Shown here piece after piece: positions 42,211-56,600 of a stretch of DNA of 64,000 nucleotides. Positions within the stretch are counted from its first letter, which is position 1; each line of letters opens with the position of its first letter. Origin of the DNA: Paragordius varius (lineage: Eukaryota > Animalia > Nematomorpha); NCBI GenBank assembly GCA_964247055.1, contig OZ176051.1, forward strand, positions 6,448,001-6,512,000, in the 5' to 3' direction. Position numbers and translations under genes: made by a program. A model generated the notes under the pieces. It did no database searches. It saw nothing but the letters and a program-made list of their open reading frames with translations, and was not told the origin of the DNA.

Positions 42211-42577
42211 AATATTTTTACCCATTTAACGAAAAATAAATAAATTAATTTTTGAAAAAATAAAGGATACATGACTGTAAATCAAATTACAAACAAATAA
42301 CGAAAATATATATTAAAAAATGTTTTAAAAAAATTCCAATACCCTAAACCCGTAAAAATTTTAAACTTGAAAGAAAATTTATTTAATCCCAAAATACATA
42401 CATAGGATTTTTTTGAGTATATATATGGCAGTTAATCTTGACTGGTGTATTAAGTAACTCTGCTAAAGCAAATTGGGATTTTTATTTCTGAAATAAGTAA
42501 TAGTTTGTGGTAGGGTTTACTTTATGAAATTTTCGTCGTCAATTTAATTATTATATAAATGGGTTTATATATATATA

Positions 42578-42834
42578 CAGTAAAAACTGAAATTATACGG
42601 ACAAAACGTAAAATAAAGACAATTTTTTTTCTAAAACATCCATACTTTTCAACTTGATATATTTCGGTAAAACTTATTTTAAATAACAAATTGTGTCGAA
42701 CATCAATTCTATATTTTACATTTGCAACTAAATGGCTAATATGAGAAAAATTAAGGTTTAAAAAGTATGGTTGTCCATTAGATAAAAATATTTGATATTT
42801 TTACTTTTTGTCCATATAATTTCATTTTTTATTG
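42578..42834. mobile_element. MITE family of about 260-290 bp related to the large palindromic element; copies also at about 48608-48883, 54066-54354 and 63129-63417
   Basis: TA|CAGTAAAAA(C/T)TGAAATTATACGGACAAAACGTAAAA termini and inverse ends; shared interior (CATACTTTT / AAAAGTATGG). Confidence 0.85.
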
Positions 42835-43806
42835 TGAATTTAACTTTAGCTACCTGAATTCATTTATTAGTATTTAGTAACTACGTGGGTGTAAATTTAC
42901 TTTTAAAAGTTTTATATATTTAGTTTCTTATTTAATATTTCTCAATATTAATAAATTTAATAAAAACTCCAAACGGTTTTATAATCTTCTATTTCTATTC
43001 ATGGTATAATCCTTTCACAGGTCCTTCAATTTAAATTAGGATCGTTGCCGACCCAAGGCATATTGTTATTTTTTACAAAAGACTCTTTTGAATTTGTATC
43101 AATTTACCCTTATATATATATAACAATCACCTAATTAATAAAAAATGCTTTCAAAAAATCAACATATAAATGAATGAGCTGAATATTATTACTAAAAATA
43201 CTTAAAGAGTAGTTTTCTACACTAATAGCTAAATGTGTTTAATAAAAAGATTAATTTAAATCCAAAAAATATGATATTTTTAAAAAGTTTTGAGTAAAAA
43301 TGGCGCCGAAATGATTTGATATGGATTTTTAGTCAAAACTAAAATTCTATAGCTTATATAAATTACTTTTAGTAAAAATATCATAGATTTAACTTTAACC
43401 GCCTGCTTAAATACTTTTTAATAATATCAATTTAAAGTTGAGTAAGTTTACCTAAATCGATGTGTTTTTTATCATATTCGACTACCATATTTAATAATAA
43501 TTTATATTATCAATCCTATTTATAACTTGCAGCCATTTACTGCCTTTTCTCGCTTAAAATATTACAGTATGGTATGAGTAAGTATACATTCATAGAAAGT
43601 TATTAAAGACTGCTAAATAGTATATACAACAAAGGGCAGTATTAATGGCTTATAGTTATTTTTTTTACTTTTCACTATTATTAACCAATAATAATCTTTG
43701 CTGCATATGCTATTTGGCCATTAATAACTTTCTAGCAATACATACTTATTCATACTGTCTAATGAGAATTTAAAATATATATCCCATATTGTAAGTTTAA
43801 ATATAA

Positions 43807-46800
43807 TTACCTCACAAATGTGATACTCCATCCTATTGCTATTACCAATCCTATTGCCAAAATTACTAAATATACCCAATTATAACCATAAGTTATTAAT
43901 TGGAGAAAAGATAAGGGGCCATTTATTCGAACGACTATACGATTAGTTTCCCATTCATGCATAGAGTCAGGATTTAGAATATGACAGGTCCAGACCCCAG
44001 AATGTAGCGTATAATCTAACGGGGGTTGTTTTATTTTTAGATAGGGTACTTGTTTCGGTCTTTTGTCCAACATATAATCGTGATATGTCGTTTTATTCAA
44101 CTTCCAAAATTGATTAAGTATTAAATTATGTTGGCCTTTTTGTTGTTTATGATGAGTTTTGTGAAATACTTGTGACAACACTTGTTCCAAATATCCACCA
44201 AAACAAGAAAGTTCCATATACGCATGACGACCAGATTGTACAATCAGATCGGACTCTTTGCTATGTACTTTATAAAAGATATGTGTATATAATATGGTCC
44301 TCATGAAAAAATGTTCGAATATCGAAATAATAAATGCGGTATAATACTAGAAAAAAGTTTATTCTCATGCCATTACCCAAGATTCGAAGAGATGCAATTA
44401 AAAAACCCTTATTTAACTTGTAAGTCAACACAAATAATAATTTGCAATAAAGTAGCTCACAGAAGTAGTGTTTAATCTAAAGTCGGCTCACTGGATGTTT
44501 ACAATGTCAGGAGTATCAAAATTTATATATTTAAAAATAGGTTTTTAGAATTTTTATTATCCTGCTACTTTCCCGTTGAAGTCATATCTTTATAGGGAGG
44601 GCGTGTGTATAATATACGTTTAGTTAAATTAAGGTATAATTATTAAAATTGCTAACACAAATTTTAATAATATTTCGTTTTTAGTTTTATTTATAAGGTG
44701 TGATTAAACCACCTTATTTTTTATGTTATTACTAAAAGAATCGAAATTTCGAATCGGTTCGATATATTTTCTTGCTAAAAACATTACATAAATGATTTTT
44801 TCGCGTTAGGAGAGAAATTTTTGGGATAAATATTTTGGTTTCAGTTCTAGTAATTATTTTAAAATAATTTTTAGCTCCAATCTTATTATATGATGAATAA
44901 ATTGGTCTTTTTCAAATTTAAACATCTTCTTCTGTATAATGGGATAAATAACCACAGAAACAATAGCCACATATATTCATTATACTACTTTCATTCCAAA
45001 TAAAATGAAACCATTAAAAAATATGGGTGGGTAACGTTGTAAATTTTAAAAAGGAAGCCGGTAGGAACCTTTTTATCGATTTTTGGTTACAACACGATTT
45101 CAAAAAATGGTTTTCAGAAAAAAACAGTTTCGGTTCTAGTCTATGGTTTTAGTTCTTCAAAAGACAGTTAACACTATCGTAAGTGAAGCTCTTGAACTGT
45201 TTTTAAGCCCTTGTAATCCATAAAAAATTTAATATAATAGTGCCTTATACTACCTACCTGTAAGTGTGTGAAACGATGTTAAAATCTTTTGATTTGGACC
45301 ATAAACTGTGAAGCAGGCATATACACCATTATCATTTTGATGTAATTTCATCAGCGCTGGAATTAAAAAATATAATGGATAGTAAAATATATTTTGATGT
45401 AATTTATCGAATTGTTTGTTTATATGTATAAAATTGATGCTGAAAAATAACGTTGATAATACTCAGATTCTCATGATTAAGGTACATTCGCCCAAAATCA
45501 ATGGGTAAATCTTTGCCATTTAATTTCCATTCAAAGAGTAGATTGGGATTTATAGAGCCTAATTTCTTTATTATTTGGGTAGATGCACAAGATAACTCCA
45601 AGCTGGATCCTTCTGCAAGACCAGCATGATTATTTACCATACCTAAGTAAATTTTAAAAATTTATATTGCCTTAGTTTTACGTGATAGATAACTATATAT
45701 ATGAGGTAACAGGCTTATATACATTTTGGGAAATTTATTTATCAAACAGAAATTGATATTCAAATAATTTCTAGAACCTACATTAAACAATCTAATTTTT
45801 ATAGTATAATAATAATGAAAACAATTGTAACTTCAACTTTTAAAAGTCCACACCTAACATTAATTTACGTAAAAAATTAAAAATAAATTCGTAATTAAAA
45901 ATTATATTTAGATATAAGGATATAAAGATATCATAAGGACTAGGCCTATGTCTCCGTTTATATCCAGAAAAAAGGAAATATTAAATCAAATATTTTTTTG
46001 CTTATGTTATACATGGCCATACATATTTTATCCATTTAATGTAATCGACAACCTTTTAGTTCCGTCGCAATTTGAATCTTTAGTCCAGGATCCAAGGATT
46101 TTTGTTTGCGCTCCTCAATCGAGCTTATTTCATTTTGGCATATGAGTCTGGTCTCATTTTCATTAGATACCGTGTCCTCACCTTGACAATGTAATCCATC
46201 GTATTCGGGGGAAGGATTATCACAGTAACGTTTTGCTATGCAAAAAATCCCTCCATTTTTATTTGGCACAGTGAGGGAATCTGAGGGTGTTGTTGTTTCC
46301 GTACATACACAAGCCCAAGGTGACCAAGATCCGTTTATGGGACAATGTGTGGCTTTAGGGCATAACTGGGAATCAGAGCTTGGCCCAACGCAGTTGTTTG
46401 ATGTCGTATTCGATGACTCTGGTTTACGTAAATAATTAAATTGATTAAATAATTTAAGTTAAAAAAACAAATTATACCACGAACTAAGGTGTGCAATTTT
46501 GACCTTTATAAGGCCACGTTAACTGGGTGGATGGCTGAACGAGATGAAGTAATCCAAAAATTATTATTTTAATATATATATAGATTACTAATATGTTGGC
46601 ACAATATTTATAAATGTATAATAATCCGGCAGTTTCACTTTCCCAGAATACAAAAGTTTAAATTAATTGTGCATTTGCTTATAGTGAAAAGCAAGTGTAT
46701 TCACTAGAATAGAAGTCGATCACAAATATCATACTGTAATTTTAGTGGGAATCAATAGAAAATAAAAAAATATTGATGTTTATACCTTCAAATACCAGCT

Positions 46801-49404
46801 AAGCAAACGACACGTTAACAAATCTTACATAAAATTTTAAAATTATATCAGACCAATCCTATTATATCTTGTTTTTAAGTGATATTCATCGCCTGAAAAA
46901 TCTAACGATTCTTGAAAGTTTTCTGAAATTGCGAAATTGAAATTTTTTTGCATAAGACTTTGTCCGAAATCGGGATGCTGATGAAATATATATATTCTGA
47001 TGGGCAAATGAATCAGGATTATTACGGTGCTTTTGGTTTTAATCCTTAAGAAAGTTATTTACACTTGTGGCAATTGCTCCATGTCAGAAAGATGGCAAAA
47101 GTTGCGCACATTTTTTAAGAAAACTTTTTTGGTGAAAGATGCTTCACTCCAAAAAATATCGCTAAAATACCATAAACTACACATAAAAAGCACAACCATT
47201 TTAAAAAATATTTAATTGATACATATGGGCTCCGAAAGTCCCTTTTTTCGCACTCTAAAATAGGCTAATGCTCTTAAAATAAAAGCGAAAATGCCGAGAT
47301 TGCGTGATAATTTAAAATATATGCTAAATTTTTGTATCAACTAAAAATATTTTTAAAAATATGCATACTTTTTTCCAAAAATTAAATTTTTGCAAAATTT
47401 TGCTGAAGCGCACTTCATACTATTTTGATATATTATGGGAAAAGTATGAAAGCTTTGAGGTAAAAACATTTTTAATATTAATAAAATGATTTTTTCCATG
47501 GCTTCAAAATTTAAATATAAATGTTCGGCTTTAAATTTTGGTGATTTTTTGTAAAAAAATTAACAATCTTTAAAACGAACGAATGTTTAATCGAATTTCC
47601 GAAGTAATATAAATGTTTAGCATCATCGAATTATATAGAAAAAGTGTTTTTATAATGTGTTGAAGCTTTTTTATACTGTTTTAATGCCTCAAAATAGTAT
47701 AAAGTACACTTCAACAAAACTTGCATAAATTTAATTTTTGAAAAAGGTATGCACATTTCAAAAACATTTTAGCAGATACCAATGACATATTATATTTTTA
47801 TCGCGCAAGCTGCATTTTAGATTTTCATAAAACTATCCCATTCTAAAGATCAAAAATTTTGAAAGCACCTGATAATTCTAATACATTTTCTTATCAGTAT
47901 ATTTGTATATATATATATATATATCAGCTTCTTTTATTGAGGACACTTTGTAATAGACAAAAATAGACTCTTTCCTAAGATAGTTGTCTGTATTTAAGTA
48001 TATCTCAAAAAAGTCATAACATCTGTATTTATCAAGTTATGTTTATTATTGAATATAAAACTTTTTGACTATTAAAAATAGTTGAATAAGTAATATCCTT
48101 AAATATGATCCGATTTGTTAATGGGCCAACCACAGTTACATATGTTTGATATCCCAAGAGTTTTTTTCATAAAAACGGCCCAAAAAACTTTCAAGGGCCC
48201 TAATTACAAACGTACGATATCATACTAATAAAAATCCTAAAAAATAATTTAAATATGCAACCGGTTAGATATTTTATGGTTAAGGCTTCAACAACCGTTG
48301 AATACATATTGTTTTTGATAACCTCACTTGTTGTTTGGATTGTTGTACCATTTAATATGGGTGGTATTGTAGTTAGCAATTTTTTTGCTTTTCTTTGTTT
48401 AATCCTGTCTCTTAACTTAAGTGCTTGAGCTACTATCCCTTGGACTAACCTATCCATTACAGATGATTTAGTTCTTTTTATATCCGCCAAACAGATTCTT
48501 TCTCTAGTTCTGTTTTGATTGTCGCAATTTAGTGTTAATGGACATTCGTTTTTCCAGGGTCCCCATTCACTCCACTCACCTAAGTAATAAAGATATATAA
48601 ATACCTTAAAAAATATAAATATACGGACAAAACGTAAAAACCTAAAGACAAATATTTTTTATAAAAAGACAGCCATACTTTTTTAAACATTAATTTTTCC
48701 CAAATAAATTATTTACTTACGAATATATAATTGATTGTTTTACCAATAAACATCTCCAATTCGTACTTGGCGATTCTAGTTTATAAGCAAAAACATCAAA
48801 ATTTAAAAAGTATGGTTGTTTTTTAGAAAAAATATTTGTCTTTATATTTTTACGTTTTGTCCGTATAATTTCAATTTTTACTGTATACATCAACGCCAAA
48901 AAAAGCGGATAACATTTAAGGGATGTTTGTACACTTTTAGTTTTTAGCAATTTTCGTTGAAATACCATTTGTAAATGTTTATTTCTGTATATTTAAAATT
49001 GTTTTTAACTGGGTCAATGATACAGTTAAATGTAAATGATTAATTAAATATTTTCTATATTTTATCCATTATAATATATGTGGAATTTAATATGCATGAA
49101 TGTGATCGCCTTAAGGCAATCGAACAGAAAGGATACGTTATCTAATATGATAGGAGTAAAATAAAAATTGTATAAGCTTATTATAAAAAAATGTGACATC
49201 TTAAAATTTTATCAATTCATAATTTTGTCATTTATATAATGTTAATATATAGTATCTTTATTTAAAATTTTTTCATTAATATATCTTTTTAAATATTGTT
49301 CAAAGCAAAAATTTTTTGAGGCACCCCAAACCTAGTAAAAACTAATAAAACATACCAGAGAACACCCGATAATGACAGAATATTATAAATATAAAAAATT
49401 TCAT
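43807..49404 (-). CDS. Type I membrane protein: signal peptide, 2 TSP1 repeats, 2 Ig-like domains, TM; cytoplasmic exon not resolved
   Basis: Signal exon 49404-49356 (MKFFIFIIFCHYRVFS) joins 48579 (GEWSEWGPWKNEC...RTRERIC); CVGPSSDSQLC..CPINGSWSPW...RYCDNPSPEYDGLHCQGED; Ig LELSC...FEWKLNG...LTLMKLHQNDNGVYAC; Ig MELSC...FWKLN...SGVWTC; TM WVYLVILAIGLVIAIGWSITF. Some internal exon junctions are unresolved. Confidence 0.8.
47270..47830. mobile_element. Fold-back MITE of about 560 bp in an intron of the TSP1/Ig gene
   Basis: About 47290-47425 and about 47690-47820 are degenerate inverted copies (ATGCATACTTTTTTCCAAAAATTAAATTTTTGCAAA versus TTGCATAAATTTAATTTTTGAAAAAGGTATGCAC). Confidence 0.6.
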
Positions 49405-50665
49405 TAACAAAAGTAAATGAATTAAGGATGGGATTGATTGTTGGCTTAAATTAATTTTTTTATCTTACATAATTAAATATGATTTTGTAACAAGGTATTT
49501 TACTTAATCTATATTTATATGATATTCAATCTCAATTTAAATAGCTTAAATGCAAACACATTGAATTTTTATTTTAAATTTAATAAAAACATCTTTCATA
49601 TTTTAAATTATATATGGGTAAAAACGCTGCAACAATAAATTGATTACAGTAATTTAAATGTATAAAGGTTTGATATAAATCCTTGTTAAGGACTATTTAT
49701 AATTTATATAGCTATTAATATTCTTATTTATAATTTTAATGTCAATAATTTTAAACCTAAATATATAACTTTAGTTTGGGGGTTTTATCCCTGGACTATA
49801 TAAAAATTAATATCTTAAATAACATTATGTCAAATTCAATAATATGCTTTCTTTACCTTTTAATGTTTGTGTTAAAAAAGTGTAAATTGTGAAAGAATTC
49901 TCATCTGAAACTTTTTCGCCGCAATTTTATAAATTAGCATTTATTTACTAGAATTGGTATTAAAATTAATATCATCTGTTTTCAGTCTTGTTTTGGATAT
50001 ATCCAAATTTGGGAGTCTAGAAATCAAAAAAAGAAAATTTAGGTGCATTTTTTTTATCTAACAATACATGAGAATTGAGTTTGATAATTACATTAACCAA
50101 ACAACTTTCAAAACACTAGGTTGTTTACTACTTTAGGCACTGGGGTACTATAATAATACTTCAAAAGTAATGAACAAAAGGTCATAAAGTGTTAATTAAA
50201 AAACGTTATTTTTGGTATTTGCTCACCCCCATAATGAATGATTGTGATATTTAACAATTGTTCATAGCCTAACATTTTTTAGCGTGAAAGGTTGTTTAAA
50301 TTTGGAGGTCATAACCATTATAAATATATAATAGGGTAATTTACATCACTATTCTAAAACATTATGACCATGTCGATAGCACGTGTTTTAACATTGTATT
50401 CATTGAACGAAAATATATATATAAATGTATAGATAGATAGATAGTATAGAATCAATATTTAAACAAGAGTGTTGGGCCATTTCAAATATCTATTAACATG
50501 ACCTTCTCGGTACTATTTTAGAGATTGTTGTGTTAAATATATCCGTCCCTGAGATTAACAAAGGCAAATACAATAACCTGATTATTTTAGTATATTTTTT
50601 CCCAATTATATTTACATATATATTTCCTTTGTTCTGTTTAACACATTTACAAATTTAAAGGAAAT

Positions 50666-53600
50666 ATGATTAACAGTCTCTTGGTTTTAATTGGGTTGGT
50701 ATCTTTATCAAGTAATTAAAAAATTGTTTTATTCACTTATCTCTAGGTGCAAATCTCAAAAATTTATGCAATTCCATCAATGAATCCGGAGTGTATTCTG
50801 CCAGCGTATTGGGTGAAGAATATAAAAAGTTTGTTGTTTTTTACTTTTTTTCCAGTTAACGAAATCGTCCGCTTGTGTGGTCATATTATTATTTGCCAAC
50901 TATTAAATTATTTTTTTTAATAATAAGGTTTAAAAATATTTACAAAACTGTAGAATTTGTTTCCAAAATCAAATAAACTATTATCAATATAAATTATGTA
51001 CTCGGTATAGTTGTAAATTGGATCAATTATTTTTAAGATATATGGAATTGAAAAATTCAATTCACCCAAAAAATATTTTTAGCAAAAATTTTTAACTTAA
51101 ATTTTCTTTTGTTTTTCAAAAATTTACATTTAACAAAATTTAATAAAATCATAGCATCCGTCATCAAACATATGTTTTAAGAATAATTGGTTGCTATAAG
51201 CGATCACATTCATTGTTAAACCCATGTTTAAATCTTAAATATAATTAGCTATTTGAACCAAAAGAATTTTGAGGAAACATTAAATCAAATTTTATAAATT
51301 ATAATTTGTCAATAAATTAATTTATCCCTTAGTTTTGGGCTTGCACTAAAGTTTGAACGTAGTAGCAAATCCATATCAACCGTGTTAAATTCCAAAATAT
51401 TTGATACAACTCAACCACGAACACATGAGGAAAAAGCTGTACAAATAGCTTTCCTCCAACAAATCATTCAAGATTACGGAGATGAAATTGAATTGTTAGC
51501 GGAGAGTGATGTACGTATATTTAATTAATATATTGTACACTCATAAACATTTCATATATAAAATTTATCAGGACCAACTCTGAGTTTAAAAGATGCCTTA
51601 TGTCTTATGATCATAAATCGAAACCAGTTTTTTGATTTTATAAATTTTTCTGCCTCTGTAGTAGGTAACGGTCTTATAATTAAAATAGTTTGATTTTCAT
51701 GGTACATGCCTGTATTATAATAATTCTTAAATCATTTACAACATAGAAATAGCCATAAAAATTTAATTTATTTTGGAAAAACAGGTTTATCTATATTTTA
51801 CCAAATATCAATCGATGACCTTGAGATTTAAATTATTATTGCAGCCAATCAGGGTATCAATATAAATCTTATTTAACCTATCCTCGATTAATGTCCATTT
51901 CGAGTTGTATGAAAAAGTGTTAATTAATAATATCATTCTTTGTGTAACTATGCCGAAGTCTCCAGAGTATATCGGACCTTAGCAGTTTTCACACGACTCC
52001 AATTTATTTTTATAAAATTTAAAAATAAATTATGGATCAAAAATATTTAAAATGTAACGCAAACTACATATAATAATTTATTGTATGTTGTTGTTTACAG
52101 CTAAATATAGTAACTCTACCAGAACAAAAATCCCATATTTGTACGATATCTCTTGAAAACTCAGCTATGGAATGCGCATCTGTAACACCAGTTGAACACT
52201 TGGTACGCATTTTAATTATATATATATAGTATGAGTAAGCCTACATTGTTAGAAAGTTATTAATTATTGCCAAATAGCAAATATAACAAATGGCAGTATT
52301 ATTGGCTTATTATTTATTATTAATATTAGCCAATATTGTTTTTTCCATACAATACTGTGTTGCGAATTGCCCAACTATAGTGAGAAATAAGCAACCATTT
52401 AAATGCATACTGTAATTAGTGAAACGTAGTTAAAAAAATTTGCCAAAAAAAATTATTTATATATGTCTTTTTAAAATGGCATTTGAATAATGATCTAAAA
52501 TATTTTTGAGAAAAGAACTGCATTGCTAGTTTTTTTAATTGAAAAGATTTATAGAACTAGCGTAAATCTCGTGCTGCTACGCAGCCCGAGGAAGTTCTTC
52601 GGACTTCGGGGGGGGGGGGGGGGCTATTTGAAAAAAGGGACAATAAAATGATCCACATATGTGATTTATTTCGAAACATTATTTAATAGCTATGATCTCA
52701 TAGGAATTTCAAAACGGTGCATTCATACCAATATATTGTTTACTTGAGCGAAAAATAGATTCAAAAAATTATTTTTGTGGACTTTGTTTGTTGAAAAAAT
52801 GGCATTTTCCGGGAGGAGCGGCTAAAACAGGGGCCTAAATTAAAAAAGCGAGACGACTATGTTCGGCGCAATCGAAAATAAGTAAACAAAAATCATATTT
52901 GAAAATGGTCCAACACGTTATCCGGAAAATTGTCTCAAAGACACGATTTTCGTGGACTTTTGTTTTCGAAAAAAACCGTTTTTTACACAGGGTGGGCCCG
53001 AACTGGAGGCCTAATTCAAAAAAAGGGCGAAGCTATTGTCGGGGCATTCATTAATGATTATATTTTTTCGATATTTGGATTTGAATGGGTTTACCGGTTT
53101 TCCGGAAACAGATAACACAGCATTTTCCATTTTTATAAATATATAGATTTGTCTAAGTAAAAATTTTAATAAAATTTTCATAAGCATATTTTTCAAAGTG
53201 CTGAACTTTAATTTATTTGGTATATTTACAAATTTTTTGAGTGCCGCACAGGCCACGTGTCCTACAAGCCTGGTCTAATTATTAAAGATTAGATAGATGT
53301 TTTATATGCAATTTATACCTATTATTATGTAAAAAATGTCTTTGATAGATATCCATAAGTCAAAAGAGTCAAGTCATTGCTCAACAAATATATGATAAAT
53401 TGAATCGTTCTATGCTTATGCATTCACAAGACGTAAATAATAAATTTATAATCATGCACAATGGTGGTATTATGCTAGGAAAACGCCATTGCCTCCAATT
53501 AAAATTTTTGGTGGATTGTGAACTTCAAAGTATATATTATCAACAATTAACTATTCCTTTAATTTAAAAAATATTAAAACAGTCGAAGTGATTGATATAT

Positions 53601-56600
53601 TTTTTTATGAAGAAAGATGTACATTTCGAGAAATATTTTTGCAGTTGTGCAATGATGTGAAAAAATTTATATCGAAACATTTAATATTTTTATATAAAGT
53701 TTAAAATATAGTAATTTCCAATATTTAATTTCCAAAATTGATAAGGTTTTAGTATAATAGCTTTTAAGCTTTTAAAAAATTGAAATGCGTAGTACTTTTA
53801 CCATTTACAATTGCAAATTTTTTAGATTCTGGAGAGTCTGGCTCAGCCATCAAAATCATTGCCTCAAGCTCTGGCTCAGGTTCCAACAATCTCGACCTTA
53901 AAATAAACGAGTCTTCATCATCTGGTTCTGGTATGTTATTGATTTTAGTATTGGAATCAAAAAAAAGGCTGTATCATTATGTATGTGGGTAGTTTTCGAA
54001 AGTCAGGATCGAATTTAACTAACTAAGGGCGGCTTTTGATTTTTGAAATTCGAAACATATAAATACAGTAAATTGAAATTATACGGACAAAACGTAAAAA
54101 TATAAAGACATATATTTTTATCTAAAAGAAAACCATATTTTTGAAACCTTAATTTTTTCATATAAGCTATTTAGTTGAAATCGTAAAATATAGAATTGAT
54201 TGTGTTAGTAATATATATCTCTATTTAACAATTTTCCTTTAAATCAATGAGTTATATTGAAATATATTAAGATTTGAAAAGTATGGATAATTTTTAGAAA
54301 AAAAATTGTCCTTATATTTATACGTTTTGTCCGTATAATTTTAGTTTTTACTCTAAATTAAAAAAATACGCTAATAAATTTTACAAGACGTAGAATTTTA
54401 ACTTTTCAAATGGGATCCCAGCGCGAGGATCAGGGAATTTTTTTGGGCGACCTGTTATAAATAATTATTTATGATTGACCTATATATCCATATAAAATTA
54501 AATTTCAATAATTTAAAGTAAGTCCCATTATAAATGATCGTTGTCTTTTAAAAAATCTTTTATTTTACCAATAAATTTTATGATTGCGATATATTTTCGA
54601 ATGTCAATATTTTTAATAGGGTAGGGATTTATTCTTGTTGCGAAAATCCTGACCTAATTACCAGAGATATTAAATAGGATTCGGCGCTATTTTCATTTGT
54701 CGCTTTCCCAATAATATACAAAATTAATTATAAGTGAAAATATTATCATCTTTATTATAAGCAATTAATTTTTATGGAAATTATATTGTTTTAACTTTAG
54801 GAATCTTAAAATCGGATGATTATGGAAAAGAAATAGTTTGGGAACCATATAACCCCAGTGAAACAGGTATAATTAACAGTTTCTATTAAACTAATTATTA
54901 ATTTAAATTAATATTTATAATTTTTAAAAAGCCAAGGATTAGTTTTTTAAAATAAAATGGATTATTAACTCAATAATTTGTTTAAAAAGTATCAAATCAT
55001 GCATTTAATGTTTTGGATTTTACGTTTATCCGTTAGTAATTTCTAAAAGTTAACCTAAAAAATAGGTTTTAATGTAACAAATATTATTATGTAATAAATA
55101 TAATCCAGATATTGTGTAAAATTGTAAATATGATCATATAACGATCCAAATTTTCTTTAATATATTCATTCAATTTTTAATTAAATACGAATAAATTTAT
55201 TTTTAAAATTTTTTCCAAAGGAGTCAAAGCCTCAGGCGATGAAATTGCTTCAAAACGTTCGATTGAAACTGTTTCTTCCGGAGTGGGTGAACCATCTCTA
55301 AGCTCGGGTATAAGTCAATTTTGAAATTTTTATTAGATTAACTAGAGCTATTGTTTATAATTATTTAAGATAATGGTTGTTTTTACTGATAAAAAACAAA
55401 CCATTTGGGTAATAATTAACTAGGGTTTTCGGGAAGATAATAAATAATAATATTAAAATCATAATTATTTATTAAATTATAAAAGGGAATAAAGCGAAAA
55501 TTTAAGGCATTTTTTATGTGTCATTCAAATAATAGATTTTACAAGAATAAAAGAAATATTAAGTCAATTTAATTGGAAAATTAAGAATCTCTATGGCTCA
55601 TAACCAAATATTTTAAAATGATGTGAGGACCCTAAGTCAATGAGTTTTGAAATATTTTTATTCAATAAATTAAATAAGATATTTGTGTGAAAGTTATTCC
55701 TTATGTTTAATTTTTAAAAACTTTATTCCTTTATATGGTAAAATTAAATGTTCTCTAGTTTTTGGTAGAATATCCTGTATAAAACAATTTTTTACAGGTC
55801 TCCAGAAAATTACTTATATACTAAGAATTTTCGGGGATACATTTTTAAACTTTCTTTGCGGGGTATACTTTAAATCTTATATCAAAAAGAAAATTTTAAA
55901 AATTATAGTTGATTAATAGTCGAATTATACGTTTTTGGAGATAAAGGATAAAACTAAAGGTATTGGTACAATTTGACATTTTAATAATAAGTTTTTAGAA
56001 TAATATCAGATCAAAATTAGCAAAACTCCAAAAAAAATTCGGTAACATAAAAAAATTAGAACCGAGATATTAATAATCAAGTGTTGGTTGAGCATTTTAA
56101 GGTTTTTCCAGGATACTGTACAAATCATTGTCAACTTAAAATGTAAATGGACCCCAAAATTTATAAATAAATATTTAATAATCTTTTCAATAAAAATCAA
56201 AAAAAGGCGTCGTCAGTGGATCTGGAAAATCGGTAATTATTGGAGATGAAATTATTCCAAAGCTTGTCCCTACCTTGGTTTCCTCACATGGTGTTAGTGG
56301 TTCAGGTTCGGCTTCCATCTCTGGTTCTGGACATGAAGGTAAGCGAATAATATATTTTTTAACATAAGCTGACTCTATTAAAGGGTGAATTTCATACTAT
56401 ATATATACATACCATTTACATTTCAAATTCACCCTTGAACAACAATTCAAATTCATCATTTGAGTGTTTTCGGGATAAAATAACTCATCATTAAAATGAA
56501 ATATATTTTTACATTATAGTTTCTTATTTTTTCAGCATTATATTAATTTTAAACAGAATTGCATATTTTAAAAATAGTAAATAAAGGAAATTTTAATCTT

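Noticed and set aside
49332-49355. 24 nt micro-intron after the TSP1/Ig signal-peptide exon
   Set aside because: Using this acceptor gives a stop after about 10 codons; splicing to 48579 gives the TSP1 frame.
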